Notes: a model not told the origin generated them from the sequence alone. Shown: positions 1 through 9,535, numbered from the stretch's first letter. The stretch: DNA of 64,000 bases from Patescibacteria group bacterium (GCA_038062835.1 JBBTWH010000003.1:2666-66665), one strand, 5' to 3'. Numbers and translations are program-made.

Positions 1-481
1 CGCGCATGGCGTAGCGGTCGAGTTCCGTCCTCGCGCTCGCCAAGCGGCCGAGCGGCGTACGGCGGTAGATGGGGATCCAAGGCGTCGGGAAGCGGTGGAC
101 GGATTCCTGTCTCGTGCCGTCGGGGTGCGTGAGCTTCGGCGCGAGCACGCCGACGTCGGGATGCGCATCCATGTACGCCGCCATCGCCTCAAGCGAGCCG
201 ATCTCGAGCATCGTGTCCGGGTTCAGCACGAAGACGTAGCGGCCCTTGGCCTTGCGCATGGCGATGTTGTTGCCCGCGGCGAAACCGACGTTCTTCGGCA
301 GCGCGAAAAGACGCGCTTCGGGGAAGCTTTCGCGGATGAGCGTCGGCAATCCGTCGCCGGAGGCGTTGTCGACGACCAGCACCTCGTAGTCGAGGAGCGG
401 CGCGGCGCGGCGGATGGATTTCAGGCACTGCTTCACGAGCCCGCGCGTCCGGTAATTGACGATGATGATGGAGATATCCAT
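1..481 (-). CDS. Family 2 glycosyltransferase (partial; C-terminus runs off left edge)
   Basis: Reverse-complement of 421-481 reads MDISIIIVNYRTRGLVKQCLK..., continuing with VVDNASGDG and NVGFAAGNN GT2 motifs; ATG at 479-481; abuts stop of upstream GT2 at 483. Confidence 0.7.
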   Translation of the reverse strand, partial: MDISIIIVNYRTRGLVKQCLKSIRRAAPLLDYEVLVVDNASGDGLPTLIRESFPEARLFALPKNVGFAAGNNIAMRKAKGRYVFVLNPDTMLEIGSLEAMAAYMDAHPDVGVLAPKLTHPDGTRQESVHRFPTPWIPIYRRTPLGRLASARTELDRYAMR

Positions 482-482
482 A

Positions 483-1538
483 TCAGGCGAACCATTTCCG
501 GATCTCCTTCGGCGAGACCTTGCGCGCCTTCATGATGACGCGGCGCTTCTTCCACATCTTCGGCGCCAGCGCAAGCGCCTCCCAGTACGCGGCGAGCGCG
601 CGGGGCGAAAACAGGAGCGTCGAGAGGAGCTTGCCGATCTCATGCGGGACGATCCAGAGCGCGTGCAGGCAGCGGCTCGACCAGTCGTCGTCCTTGGCGA
701 GCATCAGCAGATGATTGCGCGTCGACAGGCGGTTCACCATCGCCGAGCGTCCGAGGCGGCGCCGGAACATCTCGACGAGTCCGGCCTTCTCGGCGCCGCC
801 CGTGCCGCGGTAATGGTACGCCACGGCCTGCGGCACGTAGGCCGCCTTCCAGCCGAGCAGGCGCAGGCGCCAAGCGACGTCGACATCCTCCTTGTAGGCG
901 AAGAAATCCGCGTCGAAGACCTCGCCAGAGACTTCGCGCAGCATGTCGATGGCTTCCGCGCGGTAGAGCGCGAGCGCGCCCGAGACGCCGAAGACTTCCG
1001 CCGGTTCGGCGTAGGCCGAGGAATCCCTCTCCCCGGCCCCGCGGTCGGCGACGCGGCGGCTCCGCTTCATGACGAGGCCCGCGGAATCGAGGACGTCGGT
1101 GAACTCGGGGTCGCCGCCTTCGACGCGGCTCCGCCGTACGCGCAGCAGCTTGCCGCAGGCGCTGCCGACCTCGTAGCGTCCGTCGACGCCGCGCGCGATC
1201 TTCTCGAGGAAGTCCGGCGTCAGGATGACGTCGGGATTCATCACGAGGACGTAGCGGTCGATGGAACTGCGGCCCTTCTTGTCGTCGTCGGCCCAGCGGT
1301 TGCGCGCCAGCTCGATGGCCTGGTCATGCGCCGCGCTGAAGCCGAGGTTCTTGAAGTTCCGAAGGACCGTCGCTTCCGGCAATCGGCCGCGCACGACGTC
1401 GACCGAACCGTCGGTCGAGGCGTTGTCGACGACGGTCAGCGTGAAGTCCTTGAGCGTCTGCGCGCGCAGCGATTCGACCGCGTCGCCGAGGACGCGGGCG
1501 CTGTTCCAGCTCACGACATGGATGGAGAATTTCGCCAT
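483..1538 (-). CDS. Family 2 glycosyltransferase
   Basis: 351 aa; N-term HVVSWNSARVL...VVDNASTDGS GT2 Rossmann/DxD signature. Confidence 0.8.
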   Translation of the reverse strand: MAKFSIHVVSWNSARVLGDAVESLRAQTLKDFTLTVVDNASTDGSVDVVRGRLPEATVLRNFKNLGFSAAHDQAIELARNRWADDDKKGRSSIDRYVLVMNPDVILTPDFLEKIARGVDGRYEVGSACGKLLRVRRSRVEGGDPEFTDVLDSAGLVMKRSRRVADRGAGERDSSAYAEPAEVFGVSGALALYRAEAIDMLREVSGEVFDADFFAYKEDVDVAWRLRLLGWKAAYVPQAVAYHYRGTGGAEKAGLVEMFRRRLGRSAMVNRLSTRNHLLMLAKDDDWSSRCLHALWIVPHEIGKLLSTLLFSPRALAAYWEALALAPKMWKKRRVIMKARKVSPKEIRKWFA

Positions 1539-1541
1539 ACC

Positions 1542-3083
1542 CTACGTTCGGCTTTTGACCTCTTGTTTTTGACTTACGTGTTTCGGCGTCACCCAGAAGC
1601 CGAGGCGCTTGCCGAGCAGGAGGCGCGTCTGCGCCTCGATGGCCGGGACCGAGCCGAAGATGATGAAGGTGAACGGCAGGAGCATCCATTGCAGGAGCAT
1701 CACGGCGTGCAGCCAGGAGCGCTTATGCGCAGGGCGAGCAGGCAGGAGCGGCAAGGACAGCACCGCCGAGACGAAGACGCCGAGCATGGCGAAGGACATG
1801 ATCCATTGCAGCGTGAACGGCGCGTTCTGGAAGACGGCCTCCGAACGCCCGGTCGTATCGGCGATGAAGAGCGGCAGCCAGCCGAGGATGAAGATGAGGA
1901 CCGGCGCGGTCGCCCAAGTATACATGCCCTCGCTCAGGTTCCAGAGCGTCGATCGGCGCTTGGCGGCGGGAATCTTCCGGTTGGCGCGGAAGTTCAGGAC
2001 CAGATACGGGAAATGCTCGACGCCCCAGGCCCAGCGGCGCTGCTGCTTGTAGAGGTTCATCAGGCTGCCGAGCCAGGTCGGCGCCATGACGGCGTCCATC
2101 GAGACGGGCACGTACAGCGGCACGACGCGGTAGTCGCCATCGTATTTCAGGAAGCATTGCAGGAAGATGCGCGAATCCTCGGAGACGACGTCGCGCTGCC
2201 AGAAGCCGACGTCCACGAGCGCCTTGAACGGCATGCTGTGCGACGAGAAGGTGAAGAGCCGGTCCGGGCGGACGAGCTCGGAGAGCAGCCAGAAGGTGGT
2301 GCCGAAGGCCGCGATGCGCACGATGGCCGGCGCGTCCCAGATGTTGTTGGAATAGAGCACGACCGGCTGGTACGAACAGCGCAGGCGGTCCGGCGTCTCC
2401 AGGTACGTCTTGGCCAGGTGCGCGAAATACTGCGGATGCGCGATGGTGTCGACGTCGAAGGTCGAGACGATGACGTCCTCGTACGGGATGCCGAGCTCGT
2501 CGACCGTCTTCCGCGCGATCGGACCGGCATGATGCAAGTTCGAACCCTTGCCGGCGATCTCGCCGACGATGTCCGAAGGATGCGCGGATACGACGAAGCG
2601 GAGGAAACGTTCGCCGAACTCGCGGCGGATCGTCTCGGCGCGCTCCAGGAAGGCCTCGCGGCCGGCGCGCTCCTCGCCCGCCAGCACGACGATGATCGTC
2701 TTGGGGTCCGCCTTGGCCGCGACGAGGCTGCGGAAAGTGGCGCGCAAGATCTCGATGTCTTCCTTGTACGTCGGCAGGAAGATGAGGTGGCGCAGCTTGG
2801 CGGCGCCGGGCGCGTCCTTCAGCGAAGATTCCCAGTCGACGTCGAGCGCGCCGCGATGGCGCCGCCAGGCCGTCGTCAGGAAGATGACGAAGTACAGTAC
2901 GCGCAGGAACCAATAGAGGTCGAAGGCGATGATGAGATAGACCGCCGCCATCGGGTTCAGGACCGACAAGACGACCGCGCCGGCGAGCGTGACCCAGACG
3001 AGCGCCGCCGGGACGTGTTCCAGGCGGCGGTGCAGCTTCCGCTGAGCGGGCGTGTAGTCGGAGGGCGTCAGCGCGCGATCCAT
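1542..3083 (-). CDS. Membrane-bound processive GT2 synthase (cellulose/chitin/hyaluronan-synthase-like)
   Basis: 513 aa with N- and C-terminal TM helices and the QQRRW (Q-x-x-R-W) processivity motif. Confidence 0.65.
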   Translation of the reverse strand: MDRALTPSDYTPAQRKLHRRLEHVPAALVWVTLAGAVVLSVLNPMAAVYLIIAFDLYWFLRVLYFVIFLTTAWRRHRGALDVDWESSLKDAPGAAKLRHLIFLPTYKEDIEILRATFRSLVAAKADPKTIIVVLAGEERAGREAFLERAETIRREFGERFLRFVVSAHPSDIVGEIAGKGSNLHHAGPIARKTVDELGIPYEDVIVSTFDVDTIAHPQYFAHLAKTYLETPDRLRCSYQPVVLYSNNIWDAPAIVRIAAFGTTFWLLSELVRPDRLFTFSSHSMPFKALVDVGFWQRDVVSEDSRIFLQCFLKYDGDYRVVPLYVPVSMDAVMAPTWLGSLMNLYKQQRRWAWGVEHFPYLVLNFRANRKIPAAKRRSTLWNLSEGMYTWATAPVLIFILGWLPLFIADTTGRSEAVFQNAPFTLQWIMSFAMLGVFVSAVLSLPLLPARPAHKRSWLHAVMLLQWMLLPFTFIIFGSVPAIEAQTRLLLGKRLGFWVTPKHVSQKQEVKSRT

Positions 3084-3469
3084 GTCTTTTTCTTCTTGCT
3101 GATCGTGATGTTGGGCTCTCCGGCGTAGATCGGCGCCACGGTGCCGCGCGGCGCGAACGAGGAGGACGGGATCGCCGCCGCTTCTTCAGGCTTCATTTCG
3201 CCGACCGCGGCGATATCGGCGCCGAGGGAGCGCGCGAGCGCGGTCGCGACCGCCACGCGGCGGCGCACGTTCGAGAAGCCTCCCGGCCCGCGGTCGACGG
3301 CGAGCTCGCGGATGACGGACGTATCGGACTTGGCGGACTTCAGGGCGCGCTCAAGGAGCGCGAGAAGATCGTCGGTCCCGCCGCCTTCGACGCATGACAG
3401 CACCCTTCCGTCTCGCGAAAGAGAAACCGAGACTCCCCCTTCGGCGATGGCGCCGAAGTACACCCTCAT
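3068..3469 (-). CDS. tsaB: Truncated TsaB/YeaZ-like protein (t6A biosynthesis partner, N-terminal half only)
   Basis: AVDRGPGGFSNVRRRVAVATALARSLGADI matches the TsaB GPGSFTGLRIG core; only 133 aa; 4-bp ATGA overlap with upstream gene. Confidence 0.5.
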   Translation of the reverse strand: MRVYFGAIAEGGVSVSLSRDGRVLSCVEGGGTDDLLALLERALKSAKSDTSVIRELAVDRGPGGFSNVRRRVAVATALARSLGADIAAVGEMKPEEAAAIPSSSFAPRGTVAPIYAGEPNITISKKKKTWIAR

Positions 3470-4068
3470 ACCGCAGCAGCTTCGGGAGCGGCGGAGTGGA
3501 AGAACTCGTCGATGAAGACGAGCTTCGGCTGATCGAGCACGCCGTAGAGGAAGCGGTCCATGACGTCCATCCGGTAGCGCATCTCATCCTCGTCCAGCAC
3601 GGTGAAGTTGATCTCGTGTCCGAACTCGATCTCGAACTTGCGTATGAGGTCCGTGAGTTTCTTGCGGTCGACGCGGCCGACGATGAAGACATCGGTCAGC
3701 GATTCGCCGCGATCCATGAAGCGCCCCGTCAACGCGAAATATCCGATGCGGCCGACGGACTGCAGTTTCTTCACGAAATCCTTCTCGAGGAGGACGCGCG
3801 ATTTCACGAAGAGCGCGCGGAGTTCGGGGATAAGCACCGAGTTGGGCTTGAGGCGGTAATGCTTCTTCTGGACGGATTTCGGCGCCGACACTCCGACGAT
3901 CTCGACCAGTCCCAGAGCTTCGAGATTCTTGAGCTCGTGGCGGATGGCGTTGATCTGGACGTCGAGGCGGCGGGTCAGTTCCCGGACGAAAAAACTCGTC
4001 TCCGGGTTCTGGAGGAACGTCCGTAGAAGCTGGGTCCTGGTCTTTGAACCAAAGAGTTGTTCAAGCAT
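3466..4068 (-). CDS. Winged-helix (ArsR-like) DNA-binding protein with C-terminal domain of unknown function
   Basis: Table ORF 3466..4425 trimmed to internal Met (MLEQLFGSKTRTQLLRTFLQNPETSFFVRELTRRL...) because the upstream extension would overlap the divergent gene starting at 4121. Confidence 0.55.
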   Translation of the reverse strand: MLEQLFGSKTRTQLLRTFLQNPETSFFVRELTRRLDVQINAIRHELKNLEALGLVEIVGVSAPKSVQKKHYRLKPNSVLIPELRALFVKSRVLLEKDFVKKLQSVGRIGYFALTGRFMDRGESLTDVFIVGRVDRKKLTDLIRKFEIEFGHEINFTVLDEDEMRYRMDVMDRFLYGVLDQPKLVFIDEFFHSAAPEAAAV

Positions 4069-4120
4069 GGTTGGCCTCTGAACTCCGCCTATTGTATACT
4101 GAAGACGCAGACAGGTCAAA

Positions 4121-6217
4121 ATGGCGCCCATAAGCATAGGAGAAATCCACGTTCCGGGGGGTGCCGGGCTCGCCTCGGCACGTACGCTGACCCTCACTTC
4201 GACGCCGTCCGACGACGGCTGTCTGGAGCTGTTTTTCGGAATGTTCGCCGCCGAGACTCCTAAGCGCGTGCTCGAGAAGCTTTGCGACAGGCTCTCCGAT
4301 GAGTTCAGGCCGATCTTCTTCCGGCCCGGCGATCCCGAAACGCGTTTCGAGGCGGCCCTGAAACAGGCCAACAAGACCGTCCTGGCCTTCTTGTATGAGC
4401 ACGGACTTTCCCTGCCCGGCATCAAGCTCCGCGGCGCGGTCGCCGCGCTCGTCGACGGGAAACTCTATGCGGCTTCGCGCGGCGCCGTCCGCGGCACGCT
4501 CTACGTCCCGGGCGGCGCAGGTCTCGCCCCCTATGCGCTCTTAGACGACGCGGGCGAGAAGGCCGGCGAGCCGAAGTTCTTCACGTCTCTCCAGGCAGGC
4601 GCCTTCCCTGACGGCGCGCGCCTTGTCCTTGCCACGTCGGAACTGTTCCAGGCGCTCGACGACGGCTTCGTCGACGTCACGCTCGGCCAGGCGGACTTCG
4701 CCAAGGCCTCCCGCGAGATCAAGCACGCGCTGCGCGCGGGACGCTACCCGGTCTCCATCCTCTCGCTTTCTTCGCCGACGCCGGTCGGGGCCTTCTCGAC
4801 ATCGCCCGCCGAAGCCGTGCCGAAGTCCCTGCGCGCCGCAAAGGCGCCCGCCGCGCGGATAGCGCCCGCCCCGATCGTCGGGCCCGACATCGGCGAACTC
4901 GCGGCGCGCGGACTGCGCGCCGCCCTGCTCTTCGCGGGAAGCGCCCTCGCCGCCGTCTTCGGGTGGCTCTGGTGCATCCTCCGCGCCGTCGCGCTGGCGC
5001 CGCTGCGCGCTCCGCGCCTCGTCGCCGTCCTCGCGAGCCCGGACGCGCGCGCGAGCCTCGTCGACGCCTGCCGCTCCGCGCCGGACCGCTGCATGGCCGC
5101 GGCCGTCGAGCGCCTGAACGCCCTGCCCGCGCAAAGCCGCAATCACTTCCTCGCCCTCCTGCTCGTCGGCGCCGTCTTCGCGCATGGCCTGCTCTTCTCC
5201 GTCCGGCACGACCTCTCGCTCCGCGACGCGAAGGCGTACGAGGCATCGCTCGCCGAACTTCAAAGCCTCGAAGGCGATTTCGAGGCCGGCATCATCTATG
5301 ATGACGAAGGCCGCGGGCGCGAGCTGCTCGCGCGCATGGAGGCTATCGCTGCGGCGCTCCCAGCCGAGACATCGTCTCAGAAACTGGTGAAGGAAGAAGC
5401 GGACGCCGCTATCGTCCGCGCTCGGGAGAAGCTCCGCCGCGTCGTCACGCTCGATAATCCGGCGGTCTTCTCGAAAATCGAAGGCGCCGCCGCAGCGGAT
5501 CATTCGGCGATGGCGTGGTTCGACGGGAAGCTTTACGTCTTCTCGTCGACGAGCGGCCGCGTGCGCGTCATCTCTTCCGAAGGCGCGGCTGCGGCCGATC
5601 CGGACGTCGCGGCGCTCGGCTCAGGCGTGGCGTACGCGGCGGCGGCGCGTACCGGCTTGATCCTGAAGGATGACTCCGGCAAGACGGTCTACTGGAACCC
5701 GGAGACGAACGAGACGGTCGAATATCCCGATGCGGGCCTAGGCGCCTCGCCGATCCTCTTCTATCAAGCCCGACTCTACTCGGCGGCTTCAGACGGTACC
5801 GTCACGCGCCGTTCCGTCGCGGCTTCCAGCCTCGGCTCGTCCTCCGACGTCCTGCGCGGCGCTCCAGCAGACGCGACAAGCATAGCGACCGACGGCGCGG
5901 TTTACCTGTTATATAAGGACGGTTCGACTCGCAAATACATGAAAGGCGCCGTCGTCGCCGAATACGCCGCGGCCCCGATCGATCCTCCTGCCTTGGCCGC
6001 CGGACAGCTTTGGGCATCGGCCGATTCCGACAAGCTGTTCTTCATCGACGAGGACGGCGGCCGCGCCTTCACCGTCGACAAGGCCAGCGGCCGCCTGCTT
6101 GCCCAGATGACCTCACCGAAATTCCAAGGCCTCCTGGCCGGCACGCCCGACGAGAAAGGCCGCACGTTCTACCTCCTGGCCGGCGACGGCACGATCTACG
6201 CGGTGCCGATCAAATGA
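4121..6217 (+). CDS. Hypothetical membrane protein with central TM helix and C-terminal beta-propeller-like repeats
   Basis: 698 aa, protein-like composition; repeated GKLYVFS / GKTVYWNP / GAVYLLYKDG / DKLFFIDEDGG / RTFYLLAGDGTIY blade-like motifs; antisense ORF 4541..5503 is Arg-rich junk. Confidence 0.5.
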   Translation: MAPISIGEIHVPGGAGLASARTLTLTSTPSDDGCLELFFGMFAAETPKRVLEKLCDRLSDEFRPIFFRPGDPETRFEAALKQANKTVLAFLYEHGLSLPGIKLRGAVAALVDGKLYAASRGAVRGTLYVPGGAGLAPYALLDDAGEKAGEPKFFTSLQAGAFPDGARLVLATSELFQALDDGFVDVTLGQADFAKASREIKHALRAGRYPVSILSLSSPTPVGAFSTSPAEAVPKSLRAAKAPAARIAPAPIVGPDIGELAARGLRAALLFAGSALAAVFGWLWCILRAVALAPLRAPRLVAVLASPDARASLVDACRSAPDRCMAAAVERLNALPAQSRNHFLALLLVGAVFAHGLLFSVRHDLSLRDAKAYEASLAELQSLEGDFEAGIIYDDEGRGRELLARMEAIAAALPAETSSQKLVKEEADAAIVRAREKLRRVVTLDNPAVFSKIEGAAAADHSAMAWFDGKLYVFSSTSGRVRVISSEGAAAADPDVAALGSGVAYAAAARTGLILKDDSGKTVYWNPETNETVEYPDAGLGASPILFYQARLYSAASDGTVTRRSVAASSLGSSSDVLRGAPADATSIATDGAVYLLYKDGSTRKYMKGAVVAEYAAAPIDPPALAAGQLWASADSDKLFFIDEDGGRAFTVDKASGRLLAQMTSPKFQGLLAGTPDEKGRTFYLLAGDGTIYAVPIK

Positions 6218-6292
6218 CGAGCCGGCAAATCAAATGACCTAGCATTGCCGGCGAAGTCACCCCGATGAAAATCGGAGTCTAGATCACTCATA

Positions 6293-6326
6293 CGTAGAAA
6301 AAAGGACCGACCCGAGAGGGCCGGTC
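6293..6326 (-). terminator. Rho-independent terminator
   Basis: Hairpin GACCGGCCCTCTCGGGTCGGTCC directly after stop, followed by TTTTTTCTAC on minus strand. Confidence 0.55.
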
Positions 6327-6842
6327 TTATTCGAACCTGACGAAGCGCTGCAAAGTCCCGATCTTGAGGATCGACGCGCGCATGATCGCGTGCCTCCTGT
6401 AGTTCTCGGGAGTCGCCTGCGGAGTCGACGAGGTGAGGCGTAGGCCAAGGGCGCTCTCGGCACTGCCGCTCCAGCGGTTGAAACGGATCGTCTCGCCTTC
6501 CGGGTCGTACGTGCCGTCAGGAGCGAGTCGACGGGCCGCTACTCGCTCCGCGTATGCCTCGTATTTCTCATCACATTCGAAGATGCCGCCATAGCCGTAG
6601 AGCCGCCGCTCCGTCCAGGAGATGTGATCGCTGTCGCTGCGACATGATTCCTCCACGACGAACGCCGCGGTTGCCCGGACGGCGTCGCGTGCCGATTCCT
6701 CGTGCGCATTGAGCTTCAGTCCGTCGTCGTCCGTCACCCAGACGGGGCGGTTCGCCTCGTCCTTGCGGCGCCAGCCGTTCTCGAAGGCGGCGCAGGTGAT
6801 GACGTCGCCGATCTTCGGGATACCGATGCGTTCTTCTGACAT
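6327..6842 (-). CDS. Hypothetical protein
   Basis: Start moved to Met MSEERIG preceded by AGGAGG 5 nt upstream; hairpin plus T-run immediately after stop. Confidence 0.5.
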   Translation of the reverse strand: MSEERIGIPKIGDVITCAAFENGWRRKDEANRPVWVTDDDGLKLNAHEESARDAVRATAAFVVEESCRSDSDHISWTERRLYGYGGIFECDEKYEAYAERVAARRLAPDGTYDPEGETIRFNRWSGSAESALGLRLTSSTPQATPENYRRHAIMRASILKIGTLQRFVRFE

Positions 6843-6940
6843 GGTTCCTCCTGCGCCCAGTTCTCCATATTCCGAAGTCCTCGTCAAGACCCTCAAAACC
6901 CCTCGCGGGCAAAAGTATCCGGTCGCGCATTTTTGCACGC

Positions 6941-6969
6941 ATCAAAAAATCCACCGTGCAGCGGTGGAT
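6941..6969 (-). terminator. Terminator downstream of rplL (third of three consecutive hairpins)
   Basis: ATCCACCG-TGCA-GCGGTGGAT hairpin flanked by A-run and T-run; preceded by 14-bp-stem hairpin over the rplL stop codon (7007-7038). Confidence 0.55.
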
Positions 6970-7031
6970 TTTCGTTCCTGGGGTCTGGATCCCGGCATTC
7001 GCCGGGATGACCTTGAAATAACGCGACAGCG

Positions 7032-7433
7032 TTATTTCAAGGTCACCTTCGCGCCGGCCTCTTCGAGGGTCTTCTTGGCGGCTTCGGCTTCCTCCTTGGA
7101 GACGCCTTCCTTGACGACCTTCGGGGCGCCGTCGGCCAGGTCCTTGGCTTCCTTGAGGCCGAGGCTGGTGAGCGCGCGGATGGCCTTGATGACGCCGATC
7201 TTGTTGGCGCCGGAGTCCGTCAGCTCGACGGTGAAGGAGGTCTGCTCTTCGGCGGCGGCAGCGCCGGCGGCCGGGGCGGCGGCCATGGCCATCATCGGAG
7301 CGGCGGCGGAGACGCCGAACTTCTCTTCGAGGACCTTGACGAGCTCAGCGAGGTCGAGGACGGACAGCTTTTCGATGGACGAGACCAGGGAAGCGAACTT
7401 CTCCGGCACGACCACGTCTTTCATGTCAGACAT
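7032..7433 (-). CDS. rplL: 50S ribosomal protein L7/L12
   Basis: 133 aa; [23 protein letters not shown]...[40 protein letters not shown] is unmistakable bL12. Confidence 0.95.
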   Translation of the reverse strand: MSDMKDVVVPEKFASLVSSIEKLSVLDLAELVKVLEEKFGVSAAAPMMAMAAAPAAGAAAAEEQTSFTVELTDSGANKIGVIKAIRALTSLGLKEAKDLADGAPKVVKEGVSKEEAEAAKKTLEEAGAKVTLK

Positions 7434-7455
7434 AGTATCGGTTGAATGTTTTTTC

Positions 7456-7986
7456 TTAAGCGGCGGCCTTCGAATCCTTGATCGCGTTCATGACGTTCAC
7501 GAGACCGCGGAGATTGCCGGCCAGGACGTTGACGAAGCCGGAGACCGGAGCGTTGAGGGTGCCGACCAGCTTGGCCAGGAGTTCCTGCTTGCTCGGGAGC
7601 TTCGAGAGCGCCTTGATGGCGGCGGCGTCGACAAGCTTGCGCTCGAGCACGCCGGCGACGATCTTGAGCGCTTCGTGCTCCTTGTAAAACTCAGCGGCGA
7701 GCTTGGCGGGAGCGACCTCGTCGGACATGCCGGTGATCATCACCAGCGCTCCTTCGAGCTTGGCCGGGTCGACGTTCTCATAACCGGCCTTGGAAAAGGC
7801 GAGGCGCATGAGAGTCTTCTTCGCGACGAGGACGCGGACATCCTCCTTGCGGGCCTTGTTGCGGAACTCGGTGGCTTCCTTGACGGTCAGCCCGCGGAAA
7901 TCCGCGAACACGACCGACTTGGCGCCCTCGAGCTGACCCGTGAGATCCGCGAGGGTCAGTTCTTTCTGTTGTTTGGACTTTGCCAT
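7456..7986 (-). CDS. rplJ: 50S ribosomal protein L10
   Basis: 176 aa; typical uL10 N-term ([28 protein letters not shown]). Confidence 0.9.
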   Translation of the reverse strand: MAKSKQQKELTLADLTGQLEGAKSVVFADFRGLTVKEATEFRNKARKEDVRVLVAKKTLMRLAFSKAGYENVDPAKLEGALVMITGMSDEVAPAKLAAEFYKEHEALKIVAGVLERKLVDAAAIKALSKLPSKQELLAKLVGTLNAPVSGFVNVLAGNLRGLVNVMNAIKDSKAAA

Positions 7987-8335
7987 GTGCTGATTGCGTG
8001 TGTCAGGTGGAGTGGATCCCGGATATCGCTGCGCGATTCCGGGACGAACGGCCGGCAGATGACGCTATCGTCATATTGCGCCGTCCGTTCACCACAATGT
8101 TTCGACCTTTTAGTAACAAAATCTGCGTTCCTTGTGAGACCGCAGACGCGAGGACGACGGGAAAACCCGCCGTCAGCGTTTGCCTCGATAGGATCGGATC
8201 GGCAGATCCGGTTTAGCGCTCCCAGCCGGGGGCGACCTATAGTCTTCGGTAAACGAGAAGTTGTTATCCAGAGGCTACATCAAGGCCCGAAAACCGTCAA
8301 GGCGCGTCGCTCGCGAGCGACGCGCCAAGACGTTC
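7987..8335 (-). promoter_or_regulatory. Long untranslated leader upstream of rplJ (candidate L10 autoregulatory leader) with a perfect 26-bp palindrome (8301-8326)
   Basis: About 350 nt without credible ORF between rplJ start and the next gene; contains GGCGCGTCGCTCGCGAGCGACGCGCC. Confidence 0.3.
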
Positions 8336-8338
8336 AAA

Positions 8339-8369
8339 GCCCCCGTCCACACCATTGGTGGACGGGGGC
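8339..8369 (-). terminator. Strong hairpin (12-bp perfect stem) after gene 8381..8734
   Basis: GCCCCCGTCCAC-accattg-GTGGACGGGGGC, 10 nt after the stop; weak U-tract (CTTTG). Confidence 0.45.
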
Positions 8370-8380
8370 TGACAGAGGGC

Positions 8381-8734
8381 CTAGCGGCCGCGGCGCTCGA
8401 GGCGCAGGCGGCTCTTGTGGAGCTCGTGGCTGCGAGACCTCGAACTCCATAGGCGGTTGTTCCGGCGGGTATACGTACCGAGTTCGCCGATGACCGCCAT
8501 CCGGGAGCTCACGCACGCCGACTCCAACTCACCAAGCTCGAAATCTGCATCGGCCGCGTTTGTCAGGCGGGCGACCTGGTTCTGCCATCGCCGCTCAGCC
8601 TCCTCGATGGGCCCATCGATCTGGAGCGCGCGATGGGCGTCCTCCAGGAATTCGATGACGCCATCATCGACTGGGAAACCTGCTTGGACAAGGACCCTGC
8701 CGTCCGGGCTGGCCGTCGCGATCAAGCTCGACAT
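8381..8734 (-). CDS. Hypothetical small protein
   Basis: Internal Met MSSLIATASPDGRV preceded by GTAAGGAGG SD 7 nt upstream; stem-loop follows stop. Confidence 0.5.
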   Translation of the reverse strand: MSSLIATASPDGRVLVQAGFPVDDGVIEFLEDAHRALQIDGPIEEAERRWQNQVARLTNAADADFELGELESACVSSRMAVIGELGTYTRRNNRLWSSRSRSHELHKSRLRLERRGR

Positions 8735-8879
8735 AGTTGGTGCCTCCTTACAAAGGTTCGGATTTGCTGGTTTTTGGCCGAAATGGCTCGTCAGGTACGA
8801 CTTGCCATCTGAATATCTTGGTAACGGCATGATAGCACGAAACGACATTTTTGTCAATAGTAAATGACAAAAAAGCCCC

Positions 8880-9449
8880 CTATGGTTGGGGGCGCTTGGG
8901 CGGGACGAGCTTGAGGCTCTTGGAGATCTTGTCGACCTCGGCGAACGCTTCTGCCTTCATCGAGGCGGGGCTGACGGAAAAGATCAGCACCCAGTAGTCG
9001 GCGGTCGGGTCGCCGAGGTGGCGGATGAGGCACTTGGCGGCCATCTTCACGCCCTTGTCCTCCCCTTCCAGCGTGAAGGAGCCTTCCGAATCCGACGGAT
9101 AGACGGGGTTCGTCACGCCGGTCACGCGGAAGACCATGGGGGCCGAGAGCATCATCATCGCCCAACGGTTCACCTCGTCCTCGACGACCGAGTTGAGCTC
9201 GGCTTCGCGGAAATACAGCGCGATGGCGGCGCCGCGGACGTCCTGGTGCTGGAGGACGATCGGGTCGCCGGCCTTGCGATCGAGCGGCGCCCAGACGCCA
9301 GCCGTGACGAGTACGGCGGCGCGTCCGCCCTCGATGGGCGCGACGACGGCGCGGATGACGGGGCGGTCGGGCTTGGAGACGCCCCTCGGGGCGCCGCCGC
9401 AGCAGGCGAGGACGAGGGCACAGGCGAGCGCGAGCGGGATGGGACGCAT
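8880..9449 (-). CDS. Lipoprotein (hypothetical)
   Basis: Signal peptide plus lipobox VLACC; GTAGGAGG SD before ATG. Confidence 0.6.
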   Translation of the reverse strand: MRPIPLALACALVLACCGGAPRGVSKPDRPVIRAVVAPIEGGRAAVLVTAGVWAPLDRKAGDPIVLQHQDVRGAAIALYFREAELNSVVEDEVNRWAMMMLSAPMVFRVTGVTNPVYPSDSEGSFTLEGEDKGVKMAAKCLIRHLGDPTADYWVLIFSVSPASMKAEAFAEVDKISKSLKLVPPKRPQP

Positions 9450-9498
9450 CGTGGCCTCCTACGAAAGGTCTGACGCAGGTTTAGCACGCCGACGCCTT

Positions 9499-9513
9499 CC
9501 GGTCAACGAAAAA
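9499..9513 (-). promoter_or_regulatory. Reiterated cassette CCGGTCAACGAAAAA (minus-strand reading: U-tract plus TTGACC -35) feeding gene 8880..9449
   Basis: One of four copies of the CCGTCAA(A)CGAAAA motif; TTGACC, 17 nt, TAAACC, SD GGAGG, ATG. Confidence 0.4.
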
Positions 9514-9535
9514 GCCCCCGCTCTCAGAGGGGGGC
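9514..9535 (-). terminator. Terminator hairpin of lipoprotein gene 9524..10123 (overlaps the stop codon)
   Basis: GCCCCC...GGGGGC hairpin followed on the minus strand by TTTTTCGTTGACCGG. Confidence 0.5.

Noticed and set aside
456-3128. 890-aa plus-strand ORF spanning the three GT genes
   Set aside because: Arg/Gly/Asp/Glu-rich, low-complexity composition typical of antisense frames in GC-rich DNA; the opposite strand encodes three well-supported GT proteins
4541-5503. 320-aa and 175-aa minus-strand ORFs inside gene 4121..6217
   Set aside because: Extremely Arg-rich (RRRR runs); the plus-strand frame has protein-like composition
6709-8493. 594-aa plus-strand ORF across rplL/rplJ
   Set aside because: Antisense to two certain ribosomal protein genes
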